Of a stretch of 54,930 nucleotides of DNA, positions 42,712-52,917 are shown one piece after another; positions within the stretch are counted from its first letter, which is position 1; each line of letters begins with the position of its first letter. The stretch is from Gemmatimonadota bacterium (GTDB lineage: Bacteria > Gemmatimonadota > Gemmatimonadetes > Gemmatimonadales > Gemmatimonadaceae). The stretch is from the NCBI GenBank assembly GCA_046727995.1, contig JBKPDS010000100.1, positions 1 through 54,930 of the forward strand, read 5' to 3'. Both the position numbers and the translations under genes were made by a program. Below the pieces are notes generated by a model. That model was not told where the DNA came from, ran no database searches, and saw nothing but the letters and a program-made list of their open reading frames with translations.

Positions 42712-43782
42712 TTACTCAGCCTCTGTAGCTAGCGTCTCCCGCACGTATCGAGCGCGCGCGACATTCGCTTCGCTTTCTGTCAGCGCCCTTCCCTCGGTAT
42801 GTCCGAGGTGCGCCAACTGACTATAAATCAGGAGCTTGTTGAGAGTATATACACTGAGACCGCTTATCAGTTTCAAGCCGACAGCCAGTCGCACGCCGCT
42901 CATGTAATTCATTGCTTCATCGAAGCTCAAGCTGCGTGCATATCGCAGCGTGCCATAGGCCCGCCATAGCTTGTCTTCAATAATATAACCCGCATCGCGC
43001 AACAGCACTCTGCGCGCTTCTTCTTCGCGCTCGATTACATGTCTAACGACGCGTACGAGGTAATCAAGTAACTCACCTTCTGATCGTCCGAGCGTCGTCT
43101 GATTCGAGATCTGGAAGAAATTCCCGACCACTTCACTCCCTTCGCCGTACATGCCACGGTAGGTGAGGCCGACTTGCTGGAGACCAGCGAGCACTTTTCC
43201 GATCTCTTTCGTTAGCACCAGGCCTGGCAGATGGATAAGGACCGACGCCCGGAGGCCGGTTCCGACGTTCGTCGGGCAGGCGGTCAGATAGCCGAATTCG
43301 TTGTGGAATGCATACGGCACCCGACTCCCCAGCTCGGCGTCCAGACGCTCGATCACGCCGAAGGCGTCCGCGACGTGGAACCCTGAGTGAAGGGCCTGGA
43401 GCCGGAGGTGGTCCTCTTCGTTCACCATGATCCCGACACCGCGCGACAGGTAGACCGCCGCACCCGTTCTCACCGGCTGCTCGTTCAGACCTGCCAGCTC
43501 CTTGCTGACCAGGTGCCGCTCGTGGAGCAGCAGCCGGTCCTCGGGCGGCAGCTCGTCGACGCGGAGCAGTACGCCGTCCTCGATGGTGCGGAGGCTGCCA
43601 AAGGCTTCCCGAACCTGCGTGAGAATCCTCAGCCTCTCGCCGTCGCGCGCGCGCGGCGTAAACGCGTAGCCCTCGAGGTTCCTCGCCAGGCGAATCCGCG
43701 TGGAGATGACGATATCCGCGTGCTCACCCGAAGCATCCAGCCAGCTGGCGCCCCCATCGGGGAGCAGCGAAAGGTCGAGCAT
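42712..43782 (-). CDS. mcsB: Protein-arginine kinase McsB
   Basis: STRIRLARN, NEEDHLR, LTACPTNVGTG.RAS, RG.YGEGS and QISNQ.TLG. Confidence 0.94.
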   Translation of the reverse strand: MLDLSLLPDGGASWLDASGEHADIVISTRIRLARNLEGYAFTPRARDGERLRILTQVREAFGSLRTIEDGVLLRVDELPPEDRLLLHERHLVSKELAGLNEQPVRTGAAVYLSRGVGIMVNEEDHLRLQALHSGFHVADAFGVIERLDAELGSRVPYAFHNEFGYLTACPTNVGTGLRASVLIHLPGLVLTKEIGKVLAGLQQVGLTYRGMYGEGSEVVGNFFQISNQTTLGRSEGELLDYLVRVVRHVIEREEEARRVLLRDAGYIIEDKLWRAYGTLRYARSLSFDEAMNYMSGVRLAVGLKLISGLSVYTLNKLLIYSQLAHLGHTEGRALTESEANVARARYVRETLATEAE

Positions 43783-44267
43783 TACTCGATTCCCCGCAGC
43801 TTGTCGCGCAGGTCGGCGGCGAGCTCGAATTGCTCGGCCTCGATCGCTCTCTTCAGCCGGTCACGGAGCTCGGTCGCGGTCGAGACGTGCGGGAGCTCGG
43901 TCGGCAGCGGCGCGACGTAGCGTCGGCCAATGTGCCGCGAGTTTCCGTGCACCCTCCGCAACAGGTCGCGCAGGCTCGACTCGAAGGTCTCGTAACAGTG
44001 GGCGCAACCAAGACGCCCCGTGGCACGGAAGTCGGCGAGGGTCGCCGAGCAGAACGAGCATTGGGCGGGCTCGCCTTTCGCGCCCGCCATCTGCTCGTGA
44101 ATCGTTTGCAGGAAGTTGTTGATCTGCGGTTTTGCCGCCGTGATCGTCGTCTCGACACCGCGCTCGGCTGCGCATTTCTCGCAAAGATGCAGCTGTCTGA
44201 CCCCGCTCCCCTCGATCTCAGTGAGCTGGATTACAGCTTCGCCATCCTTGCACAGATCGCAAACCAT
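43782..44267 (-). CDS. mcsA: McsB activator McsA
   Basis: Four CxxC motifs (CDLC, CEKC, CSFC, CAHC), GRLGC..CY and a C-terminal UVR (EQFELAADLRD). Confidence 0.93.
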   Translation of the reverse strand: MVCDLCKDGEAVIQLTEIEGSGVRQLHLCEKCAAERGVETTITAAKPQINNFLQTIHEQMAGAKGEPAQCSFCSATLADFRATGRLGCAHCYETFESSLRDLLRRVHGNSRHIGRRYVAPLPTELPHVSTATELRDRLKRAIEAEQFELAADLRDKLRGIE

Positions 44268-44972
44268 TTATACGACGACCTCATCGACTTCTGTACGGCT
44301 CAACCGCCCGCCCTCGAGCAGCAGCACCTGATTGGCGCGCGCCGCGAGTGAGCGGCTATGTGTAACGACGACCATCCCGATCTCGAGGTCATTGACGACC
44401 TCGCCTAGCAATTCATGCAACATTTCCGCGTTCCGGCGGTCAAGATTGCCCGATGGTTCGTCGGCCAGAATCACTTGCGGATCCATCGCCAGCGCGCGCG
44501 CGACTGCTGTCCGTTGCTGCTCGCCGCCAGAGAGCTCCGCCGGGCGATGCGTCATGCGCGCGCTGAGACCGACGCGCGCCAGCAACTCCGCCGCCCGGCT
44601 CCTGGCTTCGTCGACTGGTTTGCCGGCGATGCGGAGCGGCATCATCACGTTCTCGAGCGCCGAGAACTCTCGCAGCAGATGATGGAACTGGAACACGAAC
44701 CCCACCGTCCTGTTTCGCAGCTCACCCAGCTCGGTCTCGTTTCGACCGTGCACGGGCTCACCACCGATTACTACATAACCGCGCGTCGGTTTGTCCAGTG
44801 CCCCGAGCACGTGCATCAACGTGCTTTTCCCGGCGCCGCTCGCGCCCACCACCGCGATCATCTCGCCGCGCGGCACGAAAAGATTGACCCCGTTAAGAAC
44901 GTGCAGCTCATTACCGTCACCACCTACGTACGACTTATAGACGTCGTGAGCTTCGAGAACCGTCATTGTCAT
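44268..44972 (-). CDS. lolD: Lipoprotein-releasing ABC ATPase LolD
   Basis: GASGAGKST, GFVFQFHHLL.EFSALEN, LSGGEQQR and ADEPSGNLD; ATG 44972 overlaps the lolE stop. Confidence 0.92.
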   Translation of the reverse strand: MTMTVLEAHDVYKSYVGGDGNELHVLNGVNLFVPRGEMIAVVGASGAGKSTLMHVLGALDKPTRGYVVIGGEPVHGRNETELGELRNRTVGFVFQFHHLLREFSALENVMMPLRIAGKPVDEARSRAAELLARVGLSARMTHRPAELSGGEQQRTAVARALAMDPQVILADEPSGNLDRRNAEMLHELLGEVVNDLEIGMVVVTHSRSLAARANQVLLLEGGRLSRTEVDEVVV

Positions 44973-46219
44973 TCGTGTCGGATGGCCTCGATCGGGTAGA
45001 GTCGTGAAGCCTGCACCGCCGGATAAACGGTCGCGATCGCGGCGATGGCAATGCTGGCGAGGATGATCCACACCACGTCGCTTGGCTGCGTCGAGACCGG
45101 CAGGTGATCGATGAAGTAGACCTGGGCGTCGAGCTTGATGAATTGATACTTGTCGAGGGCGAGTGCCGCACCGAAGCCAAGGGCCAGGCCTAGCGCTGTT
45201 CCAACCACGCCGATCACCAATCCCTGCGCAAAGAAAATTCGCCGTATCGAGGCGGCAGGCATGCCCATCGCCTTCAGGATGCCGATCTCCTTCGTCTTGT
45301 CGGCGACGACCATCGTGAGAGTACTGACGATGTTGAACGCGGCGACGAGAACGATCAGCAGCAGAATCACACCCATGCCAAGCTTCTCCAGCTTGAGCGC
45401 TTGGAAGAGAGAGTGGTTCTGTTCTTCCCAATCGACCGTTCGGTAGGGCCAGCCAAGGGCGCCAACCAGGCGGGACCCGACGCCGGCGGCCTGCCAGCGG
45501 TCGGTGGTTTTGACTTCGATGCCCGTGACGCCATCGCCGAGCGCGGCGAGACTCTGCGCCTTATCCAGGGCGATGAAGACGTATGAGTTGTCGTACTCGT
45601 ACATCCCGGTGGACACGATCCCCGTGACTTCGAATCGCTCCATACGTGGCGTGAAACCGCCGGTTACCGGATTCATCTTCCCACCACCGGCAGAGAGAAG
45701 ATTGATGCTGTCGCCCGGCCATTTGTTGAACCGCGCCGCGAGCAGCTTGCCCAGGACTACTCCCCGCCGCTGTCCATCGGAGCTGGCGAAGCGGAAATCC
45801 CCGGAGATCGCGTGCGATCGAATCGTCGTCACATCGGGAACGCCGCGGGCTTCTGGCTGCAGACCTACGACGTAGACGCCACCAGCGTAGTCGTGGCCGG
45901 TCGTCATCAGCGCTTCGGTGAGAACGAAAGGCGCGGCGGCAACCACCCCCGGCTGCTTCCGAACTTTATCCAGAACTTGTTGCCAGTCGGTGATCTTGAG
46001 ATCCTCACCGTAGCTGAGGACTCGAATGTCCGGGCTGCCGACCAGGATTTTCTCACGCAGGTCGTGCTGGAGTCCGTTCATGACGCCGATGATGACGATC
46101 AGCGCGCTCACGCCTACCAGGACTCCGCCGATGGCAATGATGCTGATCAGCGACAGCAGCTTCGAGCCACGCCTGCTCCGCAAATACCTCCAGGCAATCT
46201 GTAACTCGAGCTTGCTCAC
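44969..46219 (-). CDS. lolE: Lipoprotein-releasing ABC permease LolC/E (single gene, LolF-like)
   Basis: [33 protein letters not shown] and YP...A. Confidence 0.88.
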   Translation of the reverse strand: MSKLELQIAWRYLRSRRGSKLLSLISIIAIGGVLVGVSALIVIIGVMNGLQHDLREKILVGSPDIRVLSYGEDLKITDWQQVLDKVRKQPGVVAAAPFVLTEALMTTGHDYAGGVYVVGLQPEARGVPDVTTIRSHAISGDFRFASSDGQRRGVVLGKLLAARFNKWPGDSINLLSAGGGKMNPVTGGFTPRMERFEVTGIVSTGMYEYDNSYVFIALDKAQSLAALGDGVTGIEVKTTDRWQAAGVGSRLVGALGWPYRTVDWEEQNHSLFQALKLEKLGMGVILLLIVLVAAFNIVSTLTMVVADKTKEIGILKAMGMPAASIRRIFFAQGLVIGVVGTALGLALGFGAALALDKYQFIKLDAQVYFIDHLPVSTQPSDVVWIILASIAIAAIATVYPAVQASRLYPIEAIRHE

Positions 46220-47703
46220 TCTGGCCTCATTGTCGGAAAGAGAATCACGTCACGGATGTTCGAAGCTCCGGTCAGGTACATGAGCAACCGGTCGACACCA
46301 ATTCCAACGCCTCCCATCGGCGGCATTCCATATTCCATCGCGCGCAAATAGTCCTCGTCTACACCGACGGCTTCTTCGTCGCCGGCAGCACGCAACTTGG
46401 CCTGCGCCTCGAATCGGCGCCGCTGATCGAGTGGATCGTTCAGCTCACTGAAGGCGTTTGCCAGCTCCTTGCCGTTGGCAAAGAGCTCGAACCGTTCGGT
46501 GAGCTTCGGATTCCCCCGCTTCGGCTTCGCGAGAGGCGATAGCTCGACCGGATAATCGATGACGAAGGTTGGTTTCACGAGTTTTGATTCCACTAAAGCC
46601 TGAAACATCTCATCGAGCACTTTTGGCCGACTCATTGATTCAATCTTTTCTACCCCGACGCGCGTTGCGAGTGCGCGAAGCTTCGCATCATCCAACGCTG
46701 CGACGTCGGTTCCAGCTGCGGCATTTAGTGTCGGAAACCACTCCACCCGCTTGAACGGACGCTCGAAGACCGGCACGCTGGCGGCGAGCTCCGGCACCGA
46801 ACGCACCGCGTCCGCCAGCTTTTCTAACAGCTGCTCGACGACCTCCATCATGCCGTTATAGTCAGCATAGGCCTGATAGAACTCGAGCATGGTGAACTCG
46901 GGGTTGTGAGTCCGGTCGATCCCTTCGTTCCGGAAGTCGTGGCCGATCTCGTACACGCGCTCCAGGCCACCGACGACCAGTCGCTTGAGATAGAGCTCGT
47001 CGGCGATGCGCAGGTAGAGGGGCATGTCCAGCGCGTTGTGAACCGTGGTGAACGGTCGCGCCGCGGCACCTCCATAGAGCGGCTGCAAAATCGGCGTTTC
47101 AACTTCCAGATAGTCGCGCTCGTCCAGAAACCTCCGGATGGCGCTCGTCAGCCGTGCGCGCGCCACAAACAGCGCGCGCACATCCGGATGCAACGCCCGG
47201 TGGGCGTAACGCTGCCGATATCTTTGCTCCGGATCGGAGAAACCGGAATGGCGAACGATCTGCCCGCCGACTTCTTCCTCTTTCCCGAACGGCAGCGGTC
47301 GCAACGACTTGGAGAGGAGCTCTACTCGATCAACCCGAACCGTCGCCTCACCCGTCTTGGTCCGGAACAGCGGCCCGTGGACGCCGATGATATCCCCGAG
47401 GTCGAAATGGGCGAGCAGCGAGTACGGCTTTTCTCCCAGCTGATCTTTCTTGAAATAGAGCTGGATCTTCCCGGTCGGGTCGGCCAGGTGCGCGAAAGTC
47501 GTCTTGCCGTGTGACCGCCACGCTACGATTCGGCCAGCGATGCTCACCGCTGGCCCTTCGGGGGCGTCGCCTATGATCGCGTGCGCCTGGGCCGCCGTGT
47601 GCTGGCGATCGAAGCCGTACGCGTACGGCACGACTCCCGCCGCCTCCAGGGCCTCGAGTTTCTCGCGCCGGGCCTGGAGAACGAAGTTCAGCTCTTCGGT
47701 CAC
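46216..47703 (-). CDS. lysS: Lysyl-tRNA synthetase (class II)
   Basis: OB-fold, [18 protein letters not shown]...[15 protein letters not shown] and GIGVDRL. Confidence 0.96.
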   Translation of the reverse strand: MTEELNFVLQARREKLEALEAAGVVPYAYGFDRQHTAAQAHAIIGDAPEGPAVSIAGRIVAWRSHGKTTFAHLADPTGKIQLYFKKDQLGEKPYSLLAHFDLGDIIGVHGPLFRTKTGEATVRVDRVELLSKSLRPLPFGKEEEVGGQIVRHSGFSDPEQRYRQRYAHRALHPDVRALFVARARLTSAIRRFLDERDYLEVETPILQPLYGGAAARPFTTVHNALDMPLYLRIADELYLKRLVVGGLERVYEIGHDFRNEGIDRTHNPEFTMLEFYQAYADYNGMMEVVEQLLEKLADAVRSVPELAASVPVFERPFKRVEWFPTLNAAAGTDVAALDDAKLRALATRVGVEKIESMSRPKVLDEMFQALVESKLVKPTFVIDYPVELSPLAKPKRGNPKLTERFELFANGKELANAFSELNDPLDQRRRFEAQAKLRAAGDEEAVGVDEDYLRAMEYGMPPMGGVGIGVDRLLMYLTGASNIRDVILFPTMRPE

Positions 47704-48819
47704 GCAGCCGCCGTTGTCGAGCCGCCGCCCTGCTTGAGATATGCCTCGATGAACGGATCGATTCCCCCATCCATCACTTTCTGGACGTCAGGAATCTTTA
47801 GCTCGGTGCGATGGTCATTGACCATCGTGTATGGCTGGAAGACGTAGCTCCTGATCTGGCTGCCGAAGCTCACATCGGACTTGGTCGCATCGAGCGCGGC
47901 TTTGTGTGCCTCGCGCCGCTCGATTTCAGCCTGATAGAGCTTGTTCTTCAGCATCTTCATCGCCGTTGACTTGTTCTTGAACTGCGACCGCTCCTGCTGC
48001 GACGCGACGACCGTTCCCGTAGGGATGTGGGTGATGCGGACCGCCGAGCTCGTCTTGTTGACGTGCTGGCCCCCGGCACCGGATGCGCGATAGACGTCGA
48101 CTTTCAGATCTTCTTCGCGGATGTCGATGTTGATCTCTTCGTTCACTACCGGGTAGACGAATACCGACGCAAAGCTGGTGTGGCGACGAGCGTTGGCATC
48201 GAACGGCGAGATGCGCACCAATCGATGCACTCCCGTCTCCGGTCTCAGGAATCCGTACGCGTATTGCCCGCGTATCTCCAGGACCGCGCCCTTGATGCCC
48301 GCTTCCTCGCCTTCGCTCTCGTCCAGGATGCTCACCTCGAAACCGCGGCGCTCGGCCCAGCGCGTATACATGCGCATCAACATCTGAGCCCAGTCCTGCG
48401 CCTCGGTGCCACCGGCGCCGGCGCTGATCTCGAGCTGCGCGTCACGGAAGTCGTCCGGCCCCCGCAGCAGCGACTTCACCTCGAAGGAATCCAGGTCTTC
48501 GCGGAGCTGCGCCGATTCGGCGTCGAGCTCTCGCTCCATCTCCGGCTCGGGGCTGTCCTGCAACAGCTCGTCGAGCTCGAGTCCGCTCACCACGCGGTCG
48601 TTCAGCTTGTCGTAGGGGTCGATCCAGGCGCGCAGAGTCTTCACTTCCTGGAGAGTCGCCTGCGCTTTTTCCTGGTTGTTCCAGAAACCGGGGTCAGCCA
48701 TCTCGGCGTCGAGCACGCTCAGGCGAGCGCGCTTGCCGTCGATGTCAAAGATACCTCCGTAACTCCGCCAGTCGCTCTTTGCTCTGCTTGAGTCCGCGAC
48801 TGCGCTCGCTTTCCGCCAT
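47700..48819 (-). CDS. prfB: Peptide chain release factor 2 (programmed +1 frameshift after codon 24)
   Basis: ATG at 48819, 23 codons, then CTT TGA C; the +1 frame joins the ORF containing SPF and GGQ. Confidence 0.96.
48744..48758 (-). promoter_or_regulatory. RF2 autoregulatory +1 frameshift cassette
   Basis: Minus strand reads GGAGGTAT-CTT-TGA-C (internal Shine-Dalgarno, slippery Leu codon, UGA-C). Confidence 0.95.
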
Positions 48820-48838
48820 TTAACCGGGCTCCTCGCCC

Positions 48839-49720
48839 TTAGAAGATTTTCTTGCCCGCAGCCAGCACTTCGTTGAGCGCTTCCTGAAAATAAGTCGTCC
48901 CTTCGGCCAGTGGCTGTCCCACCTGGGCAATATACTCTTCGAAGCTCTTTTTGATCTCGTCTCTAAAGAGCTGCTTCAGCGTCCCATCACGAAGGCCTTC
49001 CGCGTGCTTCGCCGGATGGTAGGTCACGATGTCGGAGACCAGCGCCCGCGCGAGTCGTTTTGCGCGCTGGTCCGGGTCCTTGGATAGGAACGGATTTAGT
49101 GGACGGCGCGCGCCACCATCGCCGATCGCTGGAGCTGCTCCCGGCGGTGTCGCTGGCGGTCGCGGCGGCGTCGGTCTGGTCGGAGGAGCGGAAGGCACGA
49201 ACGGCGCCGCCGAGGGTCCTGGCCCGGAAGCGGCCGGACGTGGCGGCGGCGCAGATCCAGTCGCTGGCGTACCCGGCGTGAACGGCGGAATGGGCGGTGG
49301 CGGCGTGAACTCAGGCAGACTAGTCGTCGGCGAAGGCGGTGTCGCCGTTGCGGTTACGGGTCCGCGTTCGACCGATTCCTCACGTGCTGGCCGCGGCGCG
49401 GGCGGAACCTCAGCGGGTCGTACCGGTGGCGGCGTCGGTCGCTGAACCGGCGGAGCGGCGGGTGTCTGACGCGCGGCACCACTGTAGGGTGGGGACTCCC
49501 AGCTGCTTTGTGCCGGTGGGTTCGAACGTCCGCGTTCGCTCTGTGGTGTCGACGGCGTTGGCGCCCGTACGCTCCCGCCCGTCGGCGTCGTCACGCCGGT
49601 TGGCGCGGGGATCGTGATAACGCCGCTGCACACCGAGCAGCGCGCACGCACGCCCGCCGGAGGAACCTTGGCAGGATCCACTCGGAAAATGGAGCGGCAA
49701 TCCGGGCAGCTGACGTTCAT
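48839..49720 (-). CDS. Zinc-ribbon (MJ0042-type finger) protein with a Pro-rich linker and a helical C-terminal domain
   Basis: CPDC...CSVC N-terminus, ~180-aa Pro/Thr/Ala-rich linker, C-terminal AKRLARALVSDIVTY. Confidence 0.8.
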   Translation of the reverse strand: MNVSCPDCRSIFRVDPAKVPPAGVRARCSVCSGVITIPAPTGVTTPTGGSVRAPTPSTPQSERGRSNPPAQSSWESPPYSGAARQTPAAPPVQRPTPPPVRPAEVPPAPRPAREESVERGPVTATATPPSPTTSLPEFTPPPPIPPFTPGTPATGSAPPPRPAASGPGPSAAPFVPSAPPTRPTPPRPPATPPGAAPAIGDGGARRPLNPFLSKDPDQRAKRLARALVSDIVTYHPAKHAEGLRDGTLKQLFRDEIKKSFEEYIAQVGQPLAEGTTYFQEALNEVLAAGKKIF

Positions 49721-50715
49721 TCATTTTCTCCACTAATGCGTACATCGCGAATCGCCGGCAGCGGCTCCTGCGGCGTGACGCGATCATCACTGCGTCGATC
49801 AACAGTATAAACCGAGCCGGGAAGGCTCTTGGCGTACGTTTTCATCTCCGTCGCCAGCTGACTAGCCTGCCGTGCCGAAGTCAGCGTGCGTCGCAGATTG
49901 GTCACCACGCCAATCGACAGCGTCATCAACGGCACGCGATCGAGGTGCCCCCGGCGATCCTTACCGAAGAAATATCCCGCGCGGCGATCCTGCTCCGAGT
50001 ACTGGTACGGAGCCAGCAGATCGAAAGTAGCGACGATCTCTCCGCAAACCGAGGGAATCGCGTTGTAGGGTATGATGAAGATAAAGTCGTCACCGCCGAT
50101 GTGCCCGATAAATCCATCCTCGCCACAGGTTCCCTTCACGACGTCGTGCAGCAGCTTGGCGAGAATCCGAATGACGCGATCGCCCTCGTTGTAGCTGTAG
50201 CGATCGTTGAATTCCTTGAAGTGGTCGAGGTCCGCGTAGCAGACCGCGAAATAATCGCCGAGGGCGAGTCGGCGGCCGATCTCGGCTTCGATCGCCGAGG
50301 TCCCGGCCAGGCGGGTGGAGGGATGGACGACCAGGTCGCGCTCGGACCGTATCAGCATCGCCGTCAGTCGGCGCACTGCTTCCGCCGACTGCATGCCGTC
50401 GCGAATTACTTCATCTGCCCCGGCGTCGAACGCTTCGTCGAGCGCCTCGCTTTTCTTGGAACACAAAACCGCTGAAGGAACCACGGCGGTGTACGAGTCC
50501 TTCTTGAGCCGGTGCAGCGCCGCCAGTACCGGCGGTGCGTTACGGCGGGCATCGAACACCACGAATCGGGGACGCGCCCGCAGTCCGATCGACATCAGCT
50601 CGTCGGCCGAGCTGATGGTGACCACGGAAGCCTCCTGCGCCTCGATCCACGCGCTCACATGCGCTGGAAGCGAAGCACCATCGGCAGAGAAGCGTATCGC
50701 GTTTGGTTGCTGCAA
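49717..50715 (-). CDS. Diguanylate cyclase with a degenerate receiver-like N-terminal domain
   Basis: DLDHFK.FND.Y...GD, HIGGDDF and SIG; N-terminal AGADE receiver-like motif. Confidence 0.85.
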   Translation of the reverse strand: MQQPNAIRFSADGASLPAHVSAWIEAQEASVVTISSADELMSIGLRARPRFVVFDARRNAPPVLAALHRLKKDSYTAVVPSAVLCSKKSEALDEAFDAGADEVIRDGMQSAEAVRRLTAMLIRSERDLVVHPSTRLAGTSAIEAEIGRRLALGDYFAVCYADLDHFKEFNDRYSYNEGDRVIRILAKLLHDVVKGTCGEDGFIGHIGGDDFIFIIPYNAIPSVCGEIVATFDLLAPYQYSEQDRRAGYFFGKDRRGHLDRVPLMTLSIGVVTNLRRTLTSARQASQLATEMKTYAKSLPGSVYTVDRRSDDRVTPQEPLPAIRDVRISGENE

Positions 50716-50751
50716 ATCGTGGCTTTCCGGTCGACCAGTGATTCTACTCTG

Positions 50752-51804
50752 TCAGAAAAAAAAGAACGCAACTCCGAGCACAGAATACGCCAGGAGTAGC
50801 AAAGCTCCCTCGAGCCAGTTCGTTTCCGCGTCCCTTATCACTGAGGACGTGACCAAAACAGCCAATGCGATGCTCGCAACCTCCATGGTGGTAAATGCGA
50901 GATCCATCGGCTGGCGAAACGCCATTCCGAGAAGAACCAGCAGCGGCGCGATGAGCAGCGCCACCTGTATGCTGGAGCCAATGGCAATGCTGAGCGCGAG
51001 ATCCATCCGGTTCCGCATTGCCATCACGATCGCCGAGCTGTTTTCGGCCGCATTACCGATGATCGGAATCAGGATCAATCCGACGAAGAATTCGGATAGT
51101 CTCAGGACCTTCACCGCCTCTTCAGTAGCCGAAACCAAAACCTCCGCCACCATACCAATCGCCCCGGCCGATAGGAGGAGTATTAGTGTCGCCTTCTTTG
51201 ACGACCATTTTGGGGCTACAGTCACGGCCGGACTGTGCCTGTCGGCGGCGAAATCAGCCGAATGTGTCCAGAGCGAGAAGGTCAGCCACGCCGCGTATCC
51301 GGCGATCAGGAGCGGCGCCACATAATGAGACACCCTCACCGTCGCCACCCGCTGTGGGTCGGGATGGAGTCCGTGGAACAATGCAGGGACCACCAGGCCG
51401 AACACGGCAAGGAGAAGCACCGTGCTGCTCGAGGCCGCCAGATGCGGGCTGAACCTCTGCGTTTTGTACTTTAGTCCTCCCGCCAGCAGCGCGATGCCAA
51501 GGACGAGGAGGAGATTGCCGAGTATCGATCCTGTGATCGACGCCTTTACCAAGTCGATCAGCCCGGCGCGCAAGGCAACGGCGGCGATAATCAGCTCGGC
51601 CAGATTCCCCATCGTCGCGCTCAATACGCCGCCCACGGCCGGACTGGTGTGCTCTGCCACAGCCTCGGTGGCAGCACCGAGGACGCCGGACAAGGGAACT
51701 ATCGCCAGCGCGCTGAGGATGAAGACAGCAATCGGTGGGGCGCCCATCAGCCGCGCCGCGATCGCGATCGGCGCAAAGATCAGCAGCGGGTAAAGAAACT
51801 TCAA
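50752..51804 (-). CDS. Ca2+/H+ antiporter (CaCA/CAX family)
   Basis: Alpha repeats GNLAE and GNAAE, GSILGNLLL, GSSIQVAL and NWLEG. Confidence 0.92.
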   Translation of the reverse strand: MKFLYPLLIFAPIAIAARLMGAPPIAVFILSALAIVPLSGVLGAATEAVAEHTSPAVGGVLSATMGNLAELIIAAVALRAGLIDLVKASITGSILGNLLLVLGIALLAGGLKYKTQRFSPHLAASSSTVLLLAVFGLVVPALFHGLHPDPQRVATVRVSHYVAPLLIAGYAAWLTFSLWTHSADFAADRHSPAVTVAPKWSSKKATLILLLSAGAIGMVAEVLVSATEEAVKVLRLSEFFVGLILIPIIGNAAENSSAIVMAMRNRMDLALSIAIGSSIQVALLIAPLLVLLGMAFRQPMDLAFTTMEVASIALAVLVTSSVIRDAETNWLEGALLLLAYSVLGVAFFFF

Positions 51805-52769
51805 AACAGATAACGGAGCGAGACGTAGACCGGTGTCTGCCCCCTTTCGTCAGGAAGCCCGCCAAAGGTGCGCGCGATGTCGAATATGAATCCTCCGCTC
51901 TGGAGGCCGAAGCCGACGGCGGCGCTGGCATTGCCCCTCCGGTCGTGTCCGACATAACCGGCGCGCAAATGAACCTTGCCCTGGTACATGACGTCGGTGC
52001 CCAATCGAAACGACTTCCCGCCAAAAGCTCTCGAGTTGATAAAGCTGCTCGCGAGGTGGAGCTCGGTATCCTTCACGTAGTGGTCGAGAAACTTGAGTCG
52101 ATACAGGAGTCCCAACTCAACCTGCGTTGGGAGCGGGTCTCTCTGATTCGTCGCATTAGAATTGAGCCTTCCACCAAGATTCCTAACCGCCGCGCCGAAG
52201 GTTAGAGGAGCGCCTGCCGCGACGTCGTACTGTGCGCCAAGATCCAGGGCGCGCGTGCTCTCCACTTCCGGCCCGACGGTGCTGCATTCGCCGGAGCAAT
52301 CGAAACGAATCTGAATGATTTTGTAGTTCACTCCCGCCGTGAGGCGCTTCGTCAGGCTGGCGGCATACGTGCCAGCGAACACGACATCTCGCGGTAGAAT
52401 GACGCCGATGACAACGCCATTAGGGTCGGTGATCTGCTGGTCGCCCAGGTTGAGGATGTTGGTCGATAGCGCGGCGGTTCCGAGCGAGCGGGTGGGAAGC
52501 ACGAAGGTGAGCGCATCGCCGACACCGGCAACGGTCTTGGAATGGTGGATCGCGAGTTCCTTCTGGCTCTGATCGCCGACAGAGGCCGGATTCCACCAGA
52601 TCCCTTCGCTTCCCGGTTTACTGGCGACCATCGCTTGCCCCATGCCGACTGCCTGCGCGCCCGTCGGCAGCAGCAGGAAGAGCGTGCCCTCGCTTCCCGT
52701 TTGATCCTGCGCGGCGGCGACGCGCGCCAGGATGGCGAGCCCGGCGACGCTAGAAAGGAGTCGCCTCAT
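51801..52769 (-). CDS. PorV/PorQ-family (FadL-like) outer membrane beta-barrel
   Basis: Signal peptide, FLLLP.GA.AVGMG.A...WNPA, DLG, LRAGY and terminal Phe. Confidence 0.72.
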   Translation of the reverse strand: MRRLLSSVAGLAILARVAAAQDQTGSEGTLFLLLPTGAQAVGMGQAMVASKPGSEGIWWNPASVGDQSQKELAIHHSKTVAGVGDALTFVLPTRSLGTAALSTNILNLGDQQITDPNGVVIGVILPRDVVFAGTYAASLTKRLTAGVNYKIIQIRFDCSGECSTVGPEVESTRALDLGAQYDVAAGAPLTFGAAVRNLGGRLNSNATNQRDPLPTQVELGLLYRLKFLDHYVKDTELHLASSFINSRAFGGKSFRLGTDVMYQGKVHLRAGYVGHDRRGNASAAVGFGLQSGGFIFDIARTFGGLPDERGQTPVYVSLRYLF

Positions 52770-52917
52770 CGATCAACATGATGGGGATGTCATCGCGCAC
52801 CGCGTAGCGCAGGCGGCATTTATGGCACAATAGCGACTGCTCGGCTTCACGGTACTCTAGCTCGCTCTTGCATTTTGGGCAGACGAGAATTTCAAGAAGA
52901 CGGGGCGACAAGCTCAT
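52750..52917 (-). CDS. Trm112-like (YcaR/UPF0434) small zinc protein
   Basis: LLEILVCP.CK..L...LLC..C.LRYAVRDDIPIMLIDEA; ATG overlaps the era stop. Confidence 0.9.
   Translation of the reverse strand: MSLSPRLLEILVCPKCKSELEYREAEQSLLCHKCRLRYAVRDDIPIMLIDEATPF

Noticed and set aside
44973-45431. Apparent 153-aa N-terminal extension of LolD
   Set aside because: It overlaps lolE in another frame; the ATG at 44972 coupled to the lolE stop gives a normal LolD. The LptB extension differs because it overlaps no other gene.
47700-48819. prfB as a pseudogene or truncated gene
   Set aside because: The in-frame stop is the canonical programmed frameshift.
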